The notes beneath the pieces were generated by a model. That model searched no databases, had not been told where the DNA came from, and was given only the letters and a program-made list of their open reading frames with translations. A DNA stretch of 60,179 nucleotides, taken from positions 1 to 60,179 of the forward strand of contig CAVSLC010000017.1 of the NCBI GenBank assembly GCA_963728565.1, given 5' to 3'. Position numbers and translations under genes: made by a program. Every line of letters begins with the position of its first letter. The stretch's first letter is position 1. The DNA comes from an uncultured delta proteobacterium (GTDB lineage Bacteria; Desulfobacterota; Binatia; UBA9968). Shown in pieces: positions 1-11,110 of the stretch.

Positions 1-9
1 GAGAAACTT

Positions 10-2145
<2,136 letters not shown>

Positions 2146-2213
2146 TCATCCCTTATCCCATGGATGACCTTTGCACATGAAGGTAGGACGATCCTTACCT
2201 CTGCTGGCGGCTC

Positions 2214-2251
2214 CGTACTCCCGTTATCGCAGCAACGATAACGGGAGTACG
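2214..2251. terminator. Perfect 16-bp hairpin between convergent genes; probable bidirectional terminator or REP-like element
   Basis: CGTACTCCCGTTATCG-cagcaa-CGATAACGGGAGTACG. Confidence 0.6.
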
Positions 2252-2293
2252 TTCAAAGCCTTGAAATAAACGCGGCGGGTAATCACGACTAAG

Positions 2294-3119
2294 CTAGTTT
2301 GGCGGTCGTGTTGCGGATCTCAAGTAGTCAACTGGCTTGCGTGCAAAAAAGTTCACCCCCTGCACGTAAAGATCTATTGATAATTTGGCTTTGGCGGAGG
2401 TGCCTTCGTAACAATCGAAGCGCTCGACGATCCTGCCGTCGGCGAAACCAATTTGAGCACACAGCTGGTAAAGCTCCGCCTCCGGCAGAGCCCCGCCGAT
2501 TCAGGCGGCCCACAGATCGACATCGCTGCGCGCCGCCAGCGACAGCTCTCGCTGCACGACGACATCGGCCAGATAGAAGCGGCCGCCGGGACGCAGTACA
2601 CGATAGATCTCGCCAAACGAGCGAAGCTTGTCGGCGGATCAGATTGAGCACGCCGTTGGAGATAACGACATCGATGCTGTCGCTATCGACCGGCAGCTCT
2701 TCGGCCATGCCGCGCCGAATTTCAATGTTTTCCCAGAGGCCGGCTTTCACGGCGGCGCGCTTGGCGCGCTCGATCATGGCCGGCGTCATGTCGACGCCGA
2801 TGGCGCGACCTGTCGGGCCGGTTCGTCGCGCCGCCAGGAGTAAGTCCATGCCGGCGCCGCAGCCGACATCCAGGATCGTTTCTCCAGGCTCGATCGGCCC
2901 AATTCTCTGGGGATTGCCGACGCCGGCAAACGCTGCGGTGGAGTCCTCGGGAATTAACGCCAGTTCATGCGCATCATACCCCAGCGTTTGTGCGGCGTAG
3001 TGCGAGCCCCGATGAAAATGAAAGTTTGCTCCTGGCTCACGCGCCACCCGGTCGTACTCCGCTCGCACGAGCTGGCGCAACTTATCGACATTGAAGCCTA
3101 CCGGACATGTGGTAGCCAC
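2294..3119 (-). CDS. ArsM/AS3MT-like class I SAM methyltransferase; probable selenoprotein (UGA at 2503-2501) with one extra base near 2638
   Basis: LDVGCGAGMD and IGVDMTPAM SAM motifs, then DVVISNGVLNL. Removing one base gives DKLRSFGEIYRVLRPGGRFYLADVVVQRELSLAARSDVDLWAA-UGA-IGGALPEAELYQLCAQIGFADGRIVERFDCYEGT...VNFFARK to TAG at 2296-2294. Confidence 0.85.
2470..2494 (-). promoter_or_regulatory. Candidate bacterial SECIS element
   Basis: mRNA reads UGA-AUCGGC-GGGGCUCUGCC-GGA-GGCGGAGCUUU: a 10-11 bp stem with a small G-led apical loop beginning about 18 nt after the UGA. Confidence 0.75.
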
Positions 3120-3264
3120 GTGCTTATCTCCTTTCCGGGTTCGTGATCCATATTATTGCTTTGCCGATCCGCACGGGTCTCTCGCGGAGCGTAACCATAC
3201 GAAATGGCCGTGTAGATCAGCGCAAGCGCCAGCAGTAAAAATTCTTCGACGATCATGGTCGTGC

Positions 3265-3921
3265 TCATACAATGTCAGGCGGATGCCTGGAATTGGTTGA
3301 TTTTTTCGATGCCAAAGAGCTTCTTTTTCTGATTAGCTTCGATGCGCCTGGCTTTCGCAGCATCGGAAACAACGGCGGCGACGAGCCGACCTGAACTGTG
3401 CCGAGCAGCTCAAAGCCGTGCCGCTCATACAGCCGGAGGCTCTTAAGGCTCGTTGATTCCAGGTAAGCGAGTTTACCGTCTGCATCGCAGCGCGCCAACG
3501 CATGTTGCAGCAACGCCGAGCCATATCCTTTACCTTGTTGCTCCGGATCGACGCCGATCATGGGCAGATACCAGTGCGGCTCGGCCGGATGGTTACCGTC
3601 CATCTGTTCGAACAGCGCGAAGACGCCCGGCTGATCGCGCTCGGGAACGCTATGCCGCAGCAGCGTAAAGAGCGCGTCGTCGTCGGGATGGATACCCGGT
3701 GGGAGCCAGAGCGCCGCGGCTGAATAGCCGTCCACAAAATCCGCGCTTCGATGCTCGAAGGCAGCGCCGGCAAAGGCTTTGACGAAGCTGGGAAGATATT
3801 CCCAGTAATGCTGTGAATCAGGATACATCCAGCGTGCCACCGGGTCGGCGCTAAAGGCTCTCACTATGGCGCTGACGGCGGCATCCTGTTCGGCTGTTCC
3901 GACATTTTTGATCGTAATCAT
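3265..3921 (-). CDS. GNAT-family N-acetyltransferase
   Basis: AALWLPPG, HWYLPMIGVDPEQQGKGYGSALL (motif A), AYLES, LYERHGF. Start placed at ATG 3921 behind a GGAGAG RBS. Confidence 0.9.
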   Translation of the reverse strand: MITIKNVGTAEQDAAVSAIVRAFSADPVARWMYPDSQHYWEYLPSFVKAFAGAAFEHRSADFVDGYSAAALWLPPGIHPDDDALFTLLRHSVPERDQPGVFALFEQMDGNHPAEPHWYLPMIGVDPEQQGKGYGSALLQHALARCDADGKLAYLESTSLKSLRLYERHGFELLGTVQVGSSPPLFPMLRKPGASKLIRKRSSLASKKSTNSRHPPDIV

Positions 3922-4045
3922 TGCTTCTCTCCGTTTGGAATTGACGGACACTACGAAGGACAAGAAGCGCACCAGTTCTAGAGCTTCCCTCAGCGCTTGT
4001 TCCTTTCTGCGTCATGTGCTTCGTAGTGTAATCGTAAATACCCTT

Positions 4046-4618
4046 TCAACTTTCGACCTCGAGCTTGGCGTCGAGCCGCACCGGCTGCGAAACATTGAAG
4101 TAGTTCGGCGAGGTCTTAATTACGTTCTCATGGATCTCGCGAAACTGCTCCGGTGTGCCGTTGCCGGCGATGTGCACCACGTACTGGAGCGATTCATACC
4201 CGGCCTTGACTCTCGGGTCGATGCCAAGAAATCCGCGCAAGTCGAGCTGGCCGGTTGTCTCGATTTCGAGCTTAGTCAAAGTGATTCCATTGACCGCCGC
4301 GCCCGCCACATAGCCGACGGTGATGCAGGCGTTGAGCGCCGCCATCAGCAGCTCCTGCGGATTGGCAGAGGTGTTCTCGCCTAATAGCTCGAGCGGCTCG
4401 TCCGCGTTGATTGTGAAGCGACGTTTGATCTCCTTGCCGCCGAGCTTGTAGGATTCGACAGCCGTTTGCGAGCGGGTTTGTCCTTTCCAGCCGGTCTTGA
4501 CCTTGAATTCAACGATCCCTGTTGACGGATCCTTCTTCACCTCGTCAATGACGCCATGCAAGGCATCGACATCGAGCCCGTTCACAGTACCGATTTTTTT
4601 TGCTTCAAGTGCAGACAT
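4046..4618 (-). CDS. OsmC/Ohr-like protein with a single Cys
   Basis: ADEPLELLGENTSANPQELLMAALNAC, G.LDLRGFLG; the second-Cys position reads TSPN. Confidence 0.9.
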   Translation of the reverse strand: MSALEAKKIGTVNGLDVDALHGVIDEVKKDPSTGIVEFKVKTGWKGQTRSQTAVESYKLGGKEIKRRFTINADEPLELLGENTSANPQELLMAALNACITVGYVAGAAVNGITLTKLEIETTGQLDLRGFLGIDPRVKAGYESLQYVVHIAGNGTPEQFREIHENVIKTSPNYFNVSQPVRLDAKLEVES

Positions 4619-4668
4619 GGTAAAACTCCTTCTTGATTATGGTTTGTTGCGTTATGGTTTGTCTTTAA

Positions 4669-5580
4669 TTAGCAGAACGCCGGGGCCATAGCCTCAATCT
4701 GCTGTTTTGCCTCCGGCTTGATCGCCTCCACTGTAGCCAGGAAGTTCGGGTGGGTCATGCCCGTGCCTAGATACGTCCAGCGCATTCCCTTGAGCACCGC
4801 GTCTTTGACCTGCTCGCGCTCGCCCTTGGACAGGTTTCTCCCCGTTGCCTGGACGAAACTCTCCACGTCAAATTCAGCCTGCTGCCCGATCCCCTGGTCG
4901 ATAAACGCGCCGATCTCGCCGTACTCTTGAAAGGCCTGGTCGATCTCCTTAGCTGTCGAGCGCGCCACGATCTCCTCGACCATCAGCGTGTCGAGCTTGG
5001 TGTGCTGCGACTCCTCCAACCAGTGGTGCTTGAGCAGGCTCTTGAACTGCGGGTCGAGATCCTGGCTGTCCCGCACCCCTTCGATGTAGTGGCGCAAGGT
5101 GATCCACTCGATGTGCAGAATCGCGATGCCGGCCCCCAGCGGGCTATGCGACAGCACGAAGCGCTTGACGTCTTCAGCCGGGCCGATGAATTCACACTTG
5201 CTGCCGAAGCCTTCCTCGAACTCCTGCTTGAAGCGCTTGAACAGGTGGATGTGCTTGGCCTCTTCGCCGGCAAACTGCAGCAGCGCGCGCACGCGGTAGT
5301 CGTCGCCGGAAAGCTGCGGCCGCGCATGATCGACCACATAGGGAAGAATGAACTCTTCGACCAGGCCGAACATGGACAGATACTCGTGGCCGCGGATCTG
5401 ATTGAGTGTCAGTTGCTCTTCGGCCGTGAGAAACGACAGCTGCTTTACCTGGGCCAAGGACTCGGGCATGAACGGCTTATCAAAGTCGAGCTTCTTGTCA
5501 CCGCCGATTAGATCCTCCACTCTCCAACCGATTCGCTCCGATGCCGCCAGTGCCGTCTGATACGAGTAATTGTGTTGCAT
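4669..5580 (-). CDS. Ferritin-like (AurF-like) diiron-carboxylate protein
   Basis: Paired E...ExxH motifs: VEEF, GEEAKH, HIEW, LEESQH; GGAGA RBS. Confidence 0.8.
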   Translation of the reverse strand: MQHNYSYQTALAASERIGWRVEDLIGGDKKLDFDKPFMPESLAQVKQLSFLTAEEQLTLNQIRGHEYLSMFGLVEEFILPYVVDHARPQLSGDDYRVRALLQFAGEEAKHIHLFKRFKQEFEEGFGSKCEFIGPAEDVKRFVLSHSPLGAGIAILHIEWITLRHYIEGVRDSQDLDPQFKSLLKHHWLEESQHTKLDTLMVEEIVARSTAKEIDQAFQEYGEIGAFIDQGIGQQAEFDVESFVQATGRNLSKGEREQVKDAVLKGMRWTYLGTGMTHPNFLATVEAIKPEAKQQIEAMAPAFC

Positions 5581-5617
5581 GATTCATCTCCTTTCAAAGT
5601 TCGTTAACAGCCCTTAG

Positions 5618-5634
5618 AGCAGCTAGCGTGCCAG
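5618..5634 (-). promoter_or_regulatory. Sigma-54 (-24/-12) promoter
   Basis: Minus strand CTGGCACGCTAGCTGCT = GG-N10-GC, about 40 nt upstream of the ATG at 5580. Confidence 0.85.
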
Positions 5635-5699
5635 CAGACCCAGCTCGACTTGTTAAACAATTGTCGGCACTTAGAGAATGTGCAGCAGCGTCGCAACGT

Positions 5700-5750
5700 G
5701 TGAGATCTCACGACTCGCGAGATCTCACGTCGCCGGTTGTGAGATCTCGC
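5700..5750. promoter_or_regulatory. Three palindromic GYGAGATCTCRC sites; candidate upstream activator sequences for the adjacent enhancer-binding protein
   Basis: GTGAGATCTCAC 5700-5711, GCGAGATCTCAC 5717-5728, GTGAGATCTCGC 5739-5750; 65-115 bp upstream of the -24 box. Confidence 0.75.
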
Positions 5751-5900
5751 GTATCTAATCGGGTTCCGCAGTAGAGATTAACAATGTGTACTGATCAAGG
5801 GGGAGCCCGGAGGAGCGAAGGCACAGAGCGAATAAATTACGATGGCCGTCTAGGTGCTTGGTTCAGGGCTGCTAAGTTTCAGGAGTCCGCTGCCGCAGAC

Positions 5901-7856
5901 TCATCTCGGCCGCTGGATGCCCAGAGCGCGGATGCGGGAGTTAAGAGTAGACGGATTGATGCCGAGCATGCTGGCGGCGCCGTCCCTGCCGGCTACACGC
6001 CAGCCCGATGATTCGAGAGCGCGCAAAATGTTCTCTCGCTCCATTTGCTGAAGCTCGCGAATCGGTAGAATTCGCCGCGCCTGCTGCATCACGCCGTCCA
6101 CGGCCGGTACCGTTTCAGCAGCGACCTCCAAGGGGATTTCCGGCAGAGCCCGGTCAAGGTTGATAGACCCATCCCGGGAGGTAATCACAGCCCGCTCAAT
6201 CACATTCTGCAAGTTCGCGCACATTTCCCGGCCAGGAATAAGCCTTCAACCGTTTCTTGATCTCTTGTGAAAGAGGCTCGATGCGCTTACCCATTCGCTG
6301 CGCGAATTTAGCGGCAAACTCCGATGCCAGGATCACGACATCTTCGTTTCTTTCACGCAATGGCGGCACACTGATCGGAAATACGTTCAAACGATAGTAC
6401 AGGTCCTCACGAAAACGCCCTTCGCGTATCGCTTTTTTGAGATCGCGGTTGGTTGCCGCGATAACACGCACATTCACTTTGCGCAGACTGGGAGCCGCCC
6501 GACGGGAGTGAATTCGCCTTCCTGTAAAACCCGCAACAGCTTAGCCTGTAAATCGAGCGAAAGCTCGCCCACCTCATCGAGGAAAATCGTGCCGCCATCG
6601 GCCAAAGCAAAACATCCCTCGCGTCTCTGCGTCGCGCCGGTAAAGGCGCCCTTCTCATGCCCGAAAAACTCGCTTTCCATGAGCGCGGCTGGGATCGCGG
6701 CGCAGTTAATCGTGATCAGGGGCTTGTCGGCGCGGCGGCTGGCGCCGTGAATCGCCCTGGCGATCAATTCTTTGCCGGTGCCGGTTTCGCCAAGAACCAG
6801 GACCGTGGTGTCGCCGACCGCGACTTGCTCGACATCCTCCAGCACCGTTTTAAGCGCGGCGCTTTGCCCGATAATTTGCTCAAAGCCGCCAAGCTTGTTG
6901 AGCGCTTCACGCAGATATTCGGCTTCCGCGGTGAGAGAGTTAATTTTCCGGTCGGCTTCGAGCCGCTCATTGATGTTTCTCAAGATAACCGTGTAGAAGG
7001 TTTCCCTGCCGATTTCGAAGCACGAGATGGTGGCTTCCGCTGGAAACTCATTACCGCCGCTCGCCACTCCGCGTAATCCGCCCGGAACCCATGCAGAGCG
7101 GCGTTCCGGCGGGCACGGCTTGAACTCATCGATAAGCCTTAAAATTGTTTGATAACTCTTGGTTGAAACGAACCGACTGAATTCATCACCAACCGCCTGC
7201 CGCGCCGGACACTGAAATGCGTGCTCGGCGGCGGGGTTCACCCGGGTCACTTTGAGATTCTGATCAAGCTCGATAATCGCATCCATGGCGCTGTCAAATA
7301 AGCGCCGTAACTTCTCCTCGCGTTCTCGGAGCTGTTTTTCAACGCTTTGCCGTTGCAACTCGGCCGCGGCTCTGGCGGCAAAGATTTTAAATAGAGCCTG
7401 AACCTTGGGCTCTTCTGGAATTGGCCGTCGATCGATCACCGCAAGATGGCCGAGAATTTTGCCATCGACGTCTTTCAAAGGCATTCCCAGATAACTCACC
7501 GCGTTGATCGCGATTATGTCCGGATCGTCTGGAAAGAGTTTAAAAAGATTATCGGGAAAATGAACTATATCGGCGCTGTCGATCACTCTTTCACAAGGCG
7601 TGCCGGCAATATCGGTTTCATAATCTTGTATCCACTTCCCGTCCATCCAAAAGGCAAGGGCGCGCAGCCGGCGGCGTTCCTGGATGTATTCAGTGACCCA
7701 TGCGCCATGAGTGTTCAACGCTCGCGCCAGATTTTCAACTAGCGCGGCAAAAAACCGCTCGCCGGTCTCATTTGCGGTGCCTTCAAGTATAGTGCGAAGC
7801 GCGGACTCTTCATTCAGCTCAGCAAGGGGGGAAATTGCAGGGTCATGATTGATCAT
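5901..7856 (-). CDS. Sigma-54 enhancer-binding protein (GAF-PAS-AAA+-HTH, FhlA-like); two frameshifts near 6480 and 6200
   Basis: [49 protein letters not shown] and C-terminal [16 protein letters not shown], spread over three frames. Confidence 0.93.
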
Positions 7857-8010
7857 AAAAACACCTCGGCGGCCCTTGGGGATCGTAATACAGCCTGGGC
7901 TGCCTGGACCTCAGAACAGCCGTAATATCCGGGACCGACTTGCTTGTGTCAAGCGCCAGAACTGCCGTCTAACAGCGCTCAATCGGCTGGATCAGAACCT
8001 TGAACCGTAA

Positions 8011-8879
8011 TCACCGGCTGGTAATCGTCACGATGCCTGCGAACATGAGAAGCGCGCCGAAGACGATGCGCCGGTTGACCGTTTCCACTTTGCGCAGGAA
8101 AAGAACGCTCAAGAGCACGGTAAATAGCGGTGTGGTATTCAAGAGCGGAATAATCACCGACAACTCGCCTCTGCCTAAAGCGACAAAATTGAGGACTTGA
8201 GCCGCCGTTGCCACGCAGCGCCGCGGCGAAAAAAAATGAAAAACCCTGGCGTTCCATGCGCAGCGACTGGGCTCTGCCGGTAATCAGCACAAAAATCAAA
8301 AATAGAATTAGCGATACCGTGGTGACGATCGCTACGGCAACAAACGGATCGGGTAGAATTTTCAGTCCCTGCTTGCGCAAGCTTTGCGAGATAGCGGAAA
8401 CCAACGCCGCAGCTGATCGGGAAAGCGGTATCAAGAAGTCGCCACTTTGCCGCGCCGTCGTGCTGGCCGGAAATCAACCAGAGACTTGTCATAATCAGTA
8501 TCGTGCCCATATAAACCAGTGCGCCGGGCTCTTCGTGCAAAAAACTCACGCCAATAATCGTCGCAAATAACGGCTCAGTGCCGCGCAGCGGTCCGGCGCG
8601 AGCGACGCCGATTCGGGTAATGCCTTCATAGAACAGGGCTCGCGCCAGCAAAGGTTGCACGCAACCGCTGATGACGAAATAGAGCATCGCCGGCGAGGAC
8701 AGAAACTCGAGCGAGGTGGTGGCAATCAGGTAGCTCCACATGCAGGCGGTGGAGACCGCGAAGCTCATCAACATCGCCGCGAAGATATTCGATCGCCGTA
8801 AGCCCAGCCGGACCAGAACAGAATCGGAGGCCCAGCCCATGGCGGAGAAAATAGCTGTGATTTCAGCAAGTAGAGACAT
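8011..8879 (-). CDS. EamA/DMT family transporter (frameshifted near 8420 and 8215)
   Basis: Two hydrophobic repeats ending FLHEEP and PLFTVLLSVLFLRKVE...G. Confidence 0.8.
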
Positions 8880-9050
8880 GGGCGCGCCAAGATGCGGGAC
8901 GGTCCAGATAAGCCCACGTCCTGATTATTTGCAACCGCAAAAATTCGTGAAGCGCCGTGTTTCTTCGATCGTGTATTGCACAATAGCGACGACCTGACCT
9001 AGAATCGTGCCCGGTAGCCACGGAACAACCAACAACTAACAGGAGGAGTT

Positions 9051-9500
9051 ATGGAAAACGGCAAACAAACCGAAGCAAAAGTGGTTAAGCTGCGAACTCA
9101 ACTGGTAAAGGAAGGGCACACGCGCAACCTGCTGGCGGAAACAGATTTAATGACATTGCGTATCCATTGCTACGCCCCGGGCATCGGCGAGAACGCGCTC
9201 CACTCCCACACCAAAGAGGATCATATTTTCCTGGTTCTTGAAGGAACCGCTGAATTCAACACCGGGCGCGACGGCAAAACCGTTCTCAACGCGAGCAAGC
9301 ATCAAGCGATCGTTCTTCCGGCGGGTTGCTACTACCAGTTTCGCAATTCCGGAGATACCCCTCTGGTGATGACTCGAATCGGCGCCGGTCCGGACAAACA
9401 GGATCAGCGTCTTAACCCGGACGGCACACCGATTCCTGGAAGAACTCACGAGCAAGGCGCGGCCAAGCCGGTGCTGATTGAAGGAGCTTTTTTCGAATAG
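9051..9500 (+). CDS. Cupin-domain protein
   Basis: ENALHSHTKEDHIFLVLEG and LPAGCYYQFRN; AGGAGG RBS. Confidence 0.88.
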   Translation: MENGKQTEAKVVKLRTQLVKEGHTRNLLAETDLMTLRIHCYAPGIGENALHSHTKEDHIFLVLEGTAEFNTGRDGKTVLNASKHQAIVLPAGCYYQFRNSGDTPLVMTRIGAGPDKQDQRLNPDGTPIPGRTHEQGAAKPVLIEGAFFE

Positions 9501-9582
9501 TGTGATGGGATTTACAGAAGGCAATTACCCGCAGAAACCCAGACCGGAACCGCGGCATCGCGGCGATGCCGCAGTTCATTGT

Positions 9583-9789
9583 TCAAGCTATTTTCATGCG
9601 CTCGATGGTAACCTGAAGCTTCCTCAGCTCGGTCACCAACGATTCGTGCTTCAGCCGGTGCCGCGCAAGATGCGGCTTCAAAAGTGAACTGGGATAAATC
9701 TTGGCGCCACACTCGACGCACTTTGCCGCATCCAATTTCTTGTCGGCAATTGATATCGCCACCCGGTCGCTCGCCAGTGCTGTTCGCAT
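9583..9789 (-). CDS. 68-aa protein with a C2H2 zinc-finger signature and C-terminal helix
   Basis: AAGGAG RBS and ATG at 9789; CVECGAKIYPSSLLKPHLARH = C-x2-C-x12-H-x3-H. Confidence 0.7.
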   Translation of the reverse strand: MRTALASDRVAISIADKKLDAAKCVECGAKIYPSSLLKPHLARHRLKHESLVTELRKLQVTIERMKIA

Positions 9790-9827
9790 GTGCAGTCTCC
9801 TTGATTGAAAAGTTGGAACGGTCATTG

Positions 9828-9844
9828 AGCAATGCTGATGCCAA
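9828..9844 (-). promoter_or_regulatory. Sigma-54 promoter of the zinc-finger ORF
   Basis: Minus strand TTGGCATCAGCATTGCT (GG-N10-GC). Confidence 0.7.
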
Positions 9845-10050
9845 TAGCATCTTGCGAATTCACGCAAGCGGTGATGCGGGTTTTTGATTCCGTTAACGTT
9901 AGATCCGGTTCTTCCCCTGCTCGATCTGACAGTAATCGTATGACATCCTGACAACCTGTCACGATTGGATGCCGGCCGCGATTCCGCTGATAAAACGCGG
10001 ATGCAGTTACCGAAAATGGGGATCGGCTGGGGGCAGATGCGCGGCGGCGC

Positions 10051-11028
10051 TCAGGAATGAGCCAATAACTTCTTCACCGATTGGACAATTCGCTTCTGGC
10101 CAGGGAGAAATTCTTTCTCCAATGCCGGGCTGGCGGGAACCGGCGCGAACGGCGCCGCGACACGCAGAATTGGCGCGTCCAAATAGTAAAGCGCATGTTG
10201 TTGAACTGCAGCGGTAATCTCCGCGCCCACCCCGCCCTGTTCCACGGCTTCGTGCGCGACAACCATGTGCCCGGTCTTTCTGACCGATTCGACAATAGTT
10301 CCGATATCCAGAGGTGAAACGCTGCGCGGGTCGATCACCTCCGCGGAAATTCCGCTGGCGGCCAATTCATCGGCTGCCGCCAATGCCGTGCCCACCATAT
10401 TTGCCAGCGCGACAATAGTGACTTGTTCTCCGGCATGCAGAACCGCCGCCTGGCCGATCGGCACCAGATGATCATCGTTCGGCACGTCGCCGCGGCCCCA
10501 GTACAAACCACGATGCTCAATAAAGACCACCGGGTTGTCGTCGCGAATGGCGGCCTTGAGCAGCCCTTTGGCGTCTGCGGGATTTGACGGCATCACAACC
10601 TGCAATCCCGGAACATGCGCCAGCCACGACTCCAGGCTTTGTGAATGATGCGCGCCCATGGCGCCGCTGATGCCGCATTGCACCCGCACAGTTAACGGAA
10701 TCGCGAGCTGGCCGCCGGACATGTAATAGAGCTTGGCCGCGTGATTAACCAGTTGATCGAGAGCGAGCGTGATGAAATCGATGAACATGATCTCAATCAC
10801 CGGGCGCAATCCTGCCGTAGCGGCGCCAATGGCCAACCCCATGACCGTGCCTTCGCTGATCGGCGTGTTGACCACGCGTTGGGTCCCGAAATCTTCCGCC
10901 AATCCTTTGGTGACGCCAAACGGTCCGCCGAGTGAAACGTCTTCGCCGAAAACGTAAACCGCCGAGTCGCGGCTCATCTCTTCGTGAAGTCCGGCGCGAA
11001 TCGCTTCTAAAAAAGTCTGCTCTGGCAT
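10051..11028 (-). CDS. 2-oxoacid/acetoin dehydrogenase E1 beta subunit
   Basis: FGEDV, NTPISE, GLRPVIEIMFIDF, GAHHSQSLE, EVIDPRSVSPLD; start trimmed to MPEQTF. Confidence 0.93.
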   Translation of the reverse strand: MPEQTFLEAIRAGLHEEMSRDSAVYVFGEDVSLGGPFGVTKGLAEDFGTQRVVNTPISEGTVMGLAIGAATAGLRPVIEIMFIDFITLALDQLVNHAAKLYYMSGGQLAIPLTVRVQCGISGAMGAHHSQSLESWLAHVPGLQVVMPSNPADAKGLLKAAIRDDNPVVFIEHRGLYWGRGDVPNDDHLVPIGQAAVLHAGEQVTIVALANMVGTALAAADELAASGISAEVIDPRSVSPLDIGTIVESVRKTGHMVVAHEAVEQGGVGAEITAAVQQHALYYLDAPILRVAAPFAPVPASPALEKEFLPGQKRIVQSVKKLLAHS

Positions 11029-11110
11029 ATTAGATTGGTTTCCAATGTTGAAGAAGAGCTTGCTACTTCCACACGGGTTTCGTCGACGACATTGTCCCGG
11101 ACCCTGGGAA

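Noticed and set aside
2501-2503. Genome-wide UGA reassignment (code 4/25) as the explanation for the UGA
   Set aside because: TGA ends many normal genes here (e.g. 15539, 19034, 23900, 28717).
2328-2640. C-terminus of the 263-aa ORF as given in the track
   Set aside because: Out-of-frame product of an extra base; the shifted frame restores methyltransferase motifs (EIYRVLRPGG).
5700-5750. Mini-CRISPR reading of the GAGATCTC repeats
   Set aside because: 12-bp repeats with 5-10 bp spacers and no cas genes; the position fits enhancer sites.
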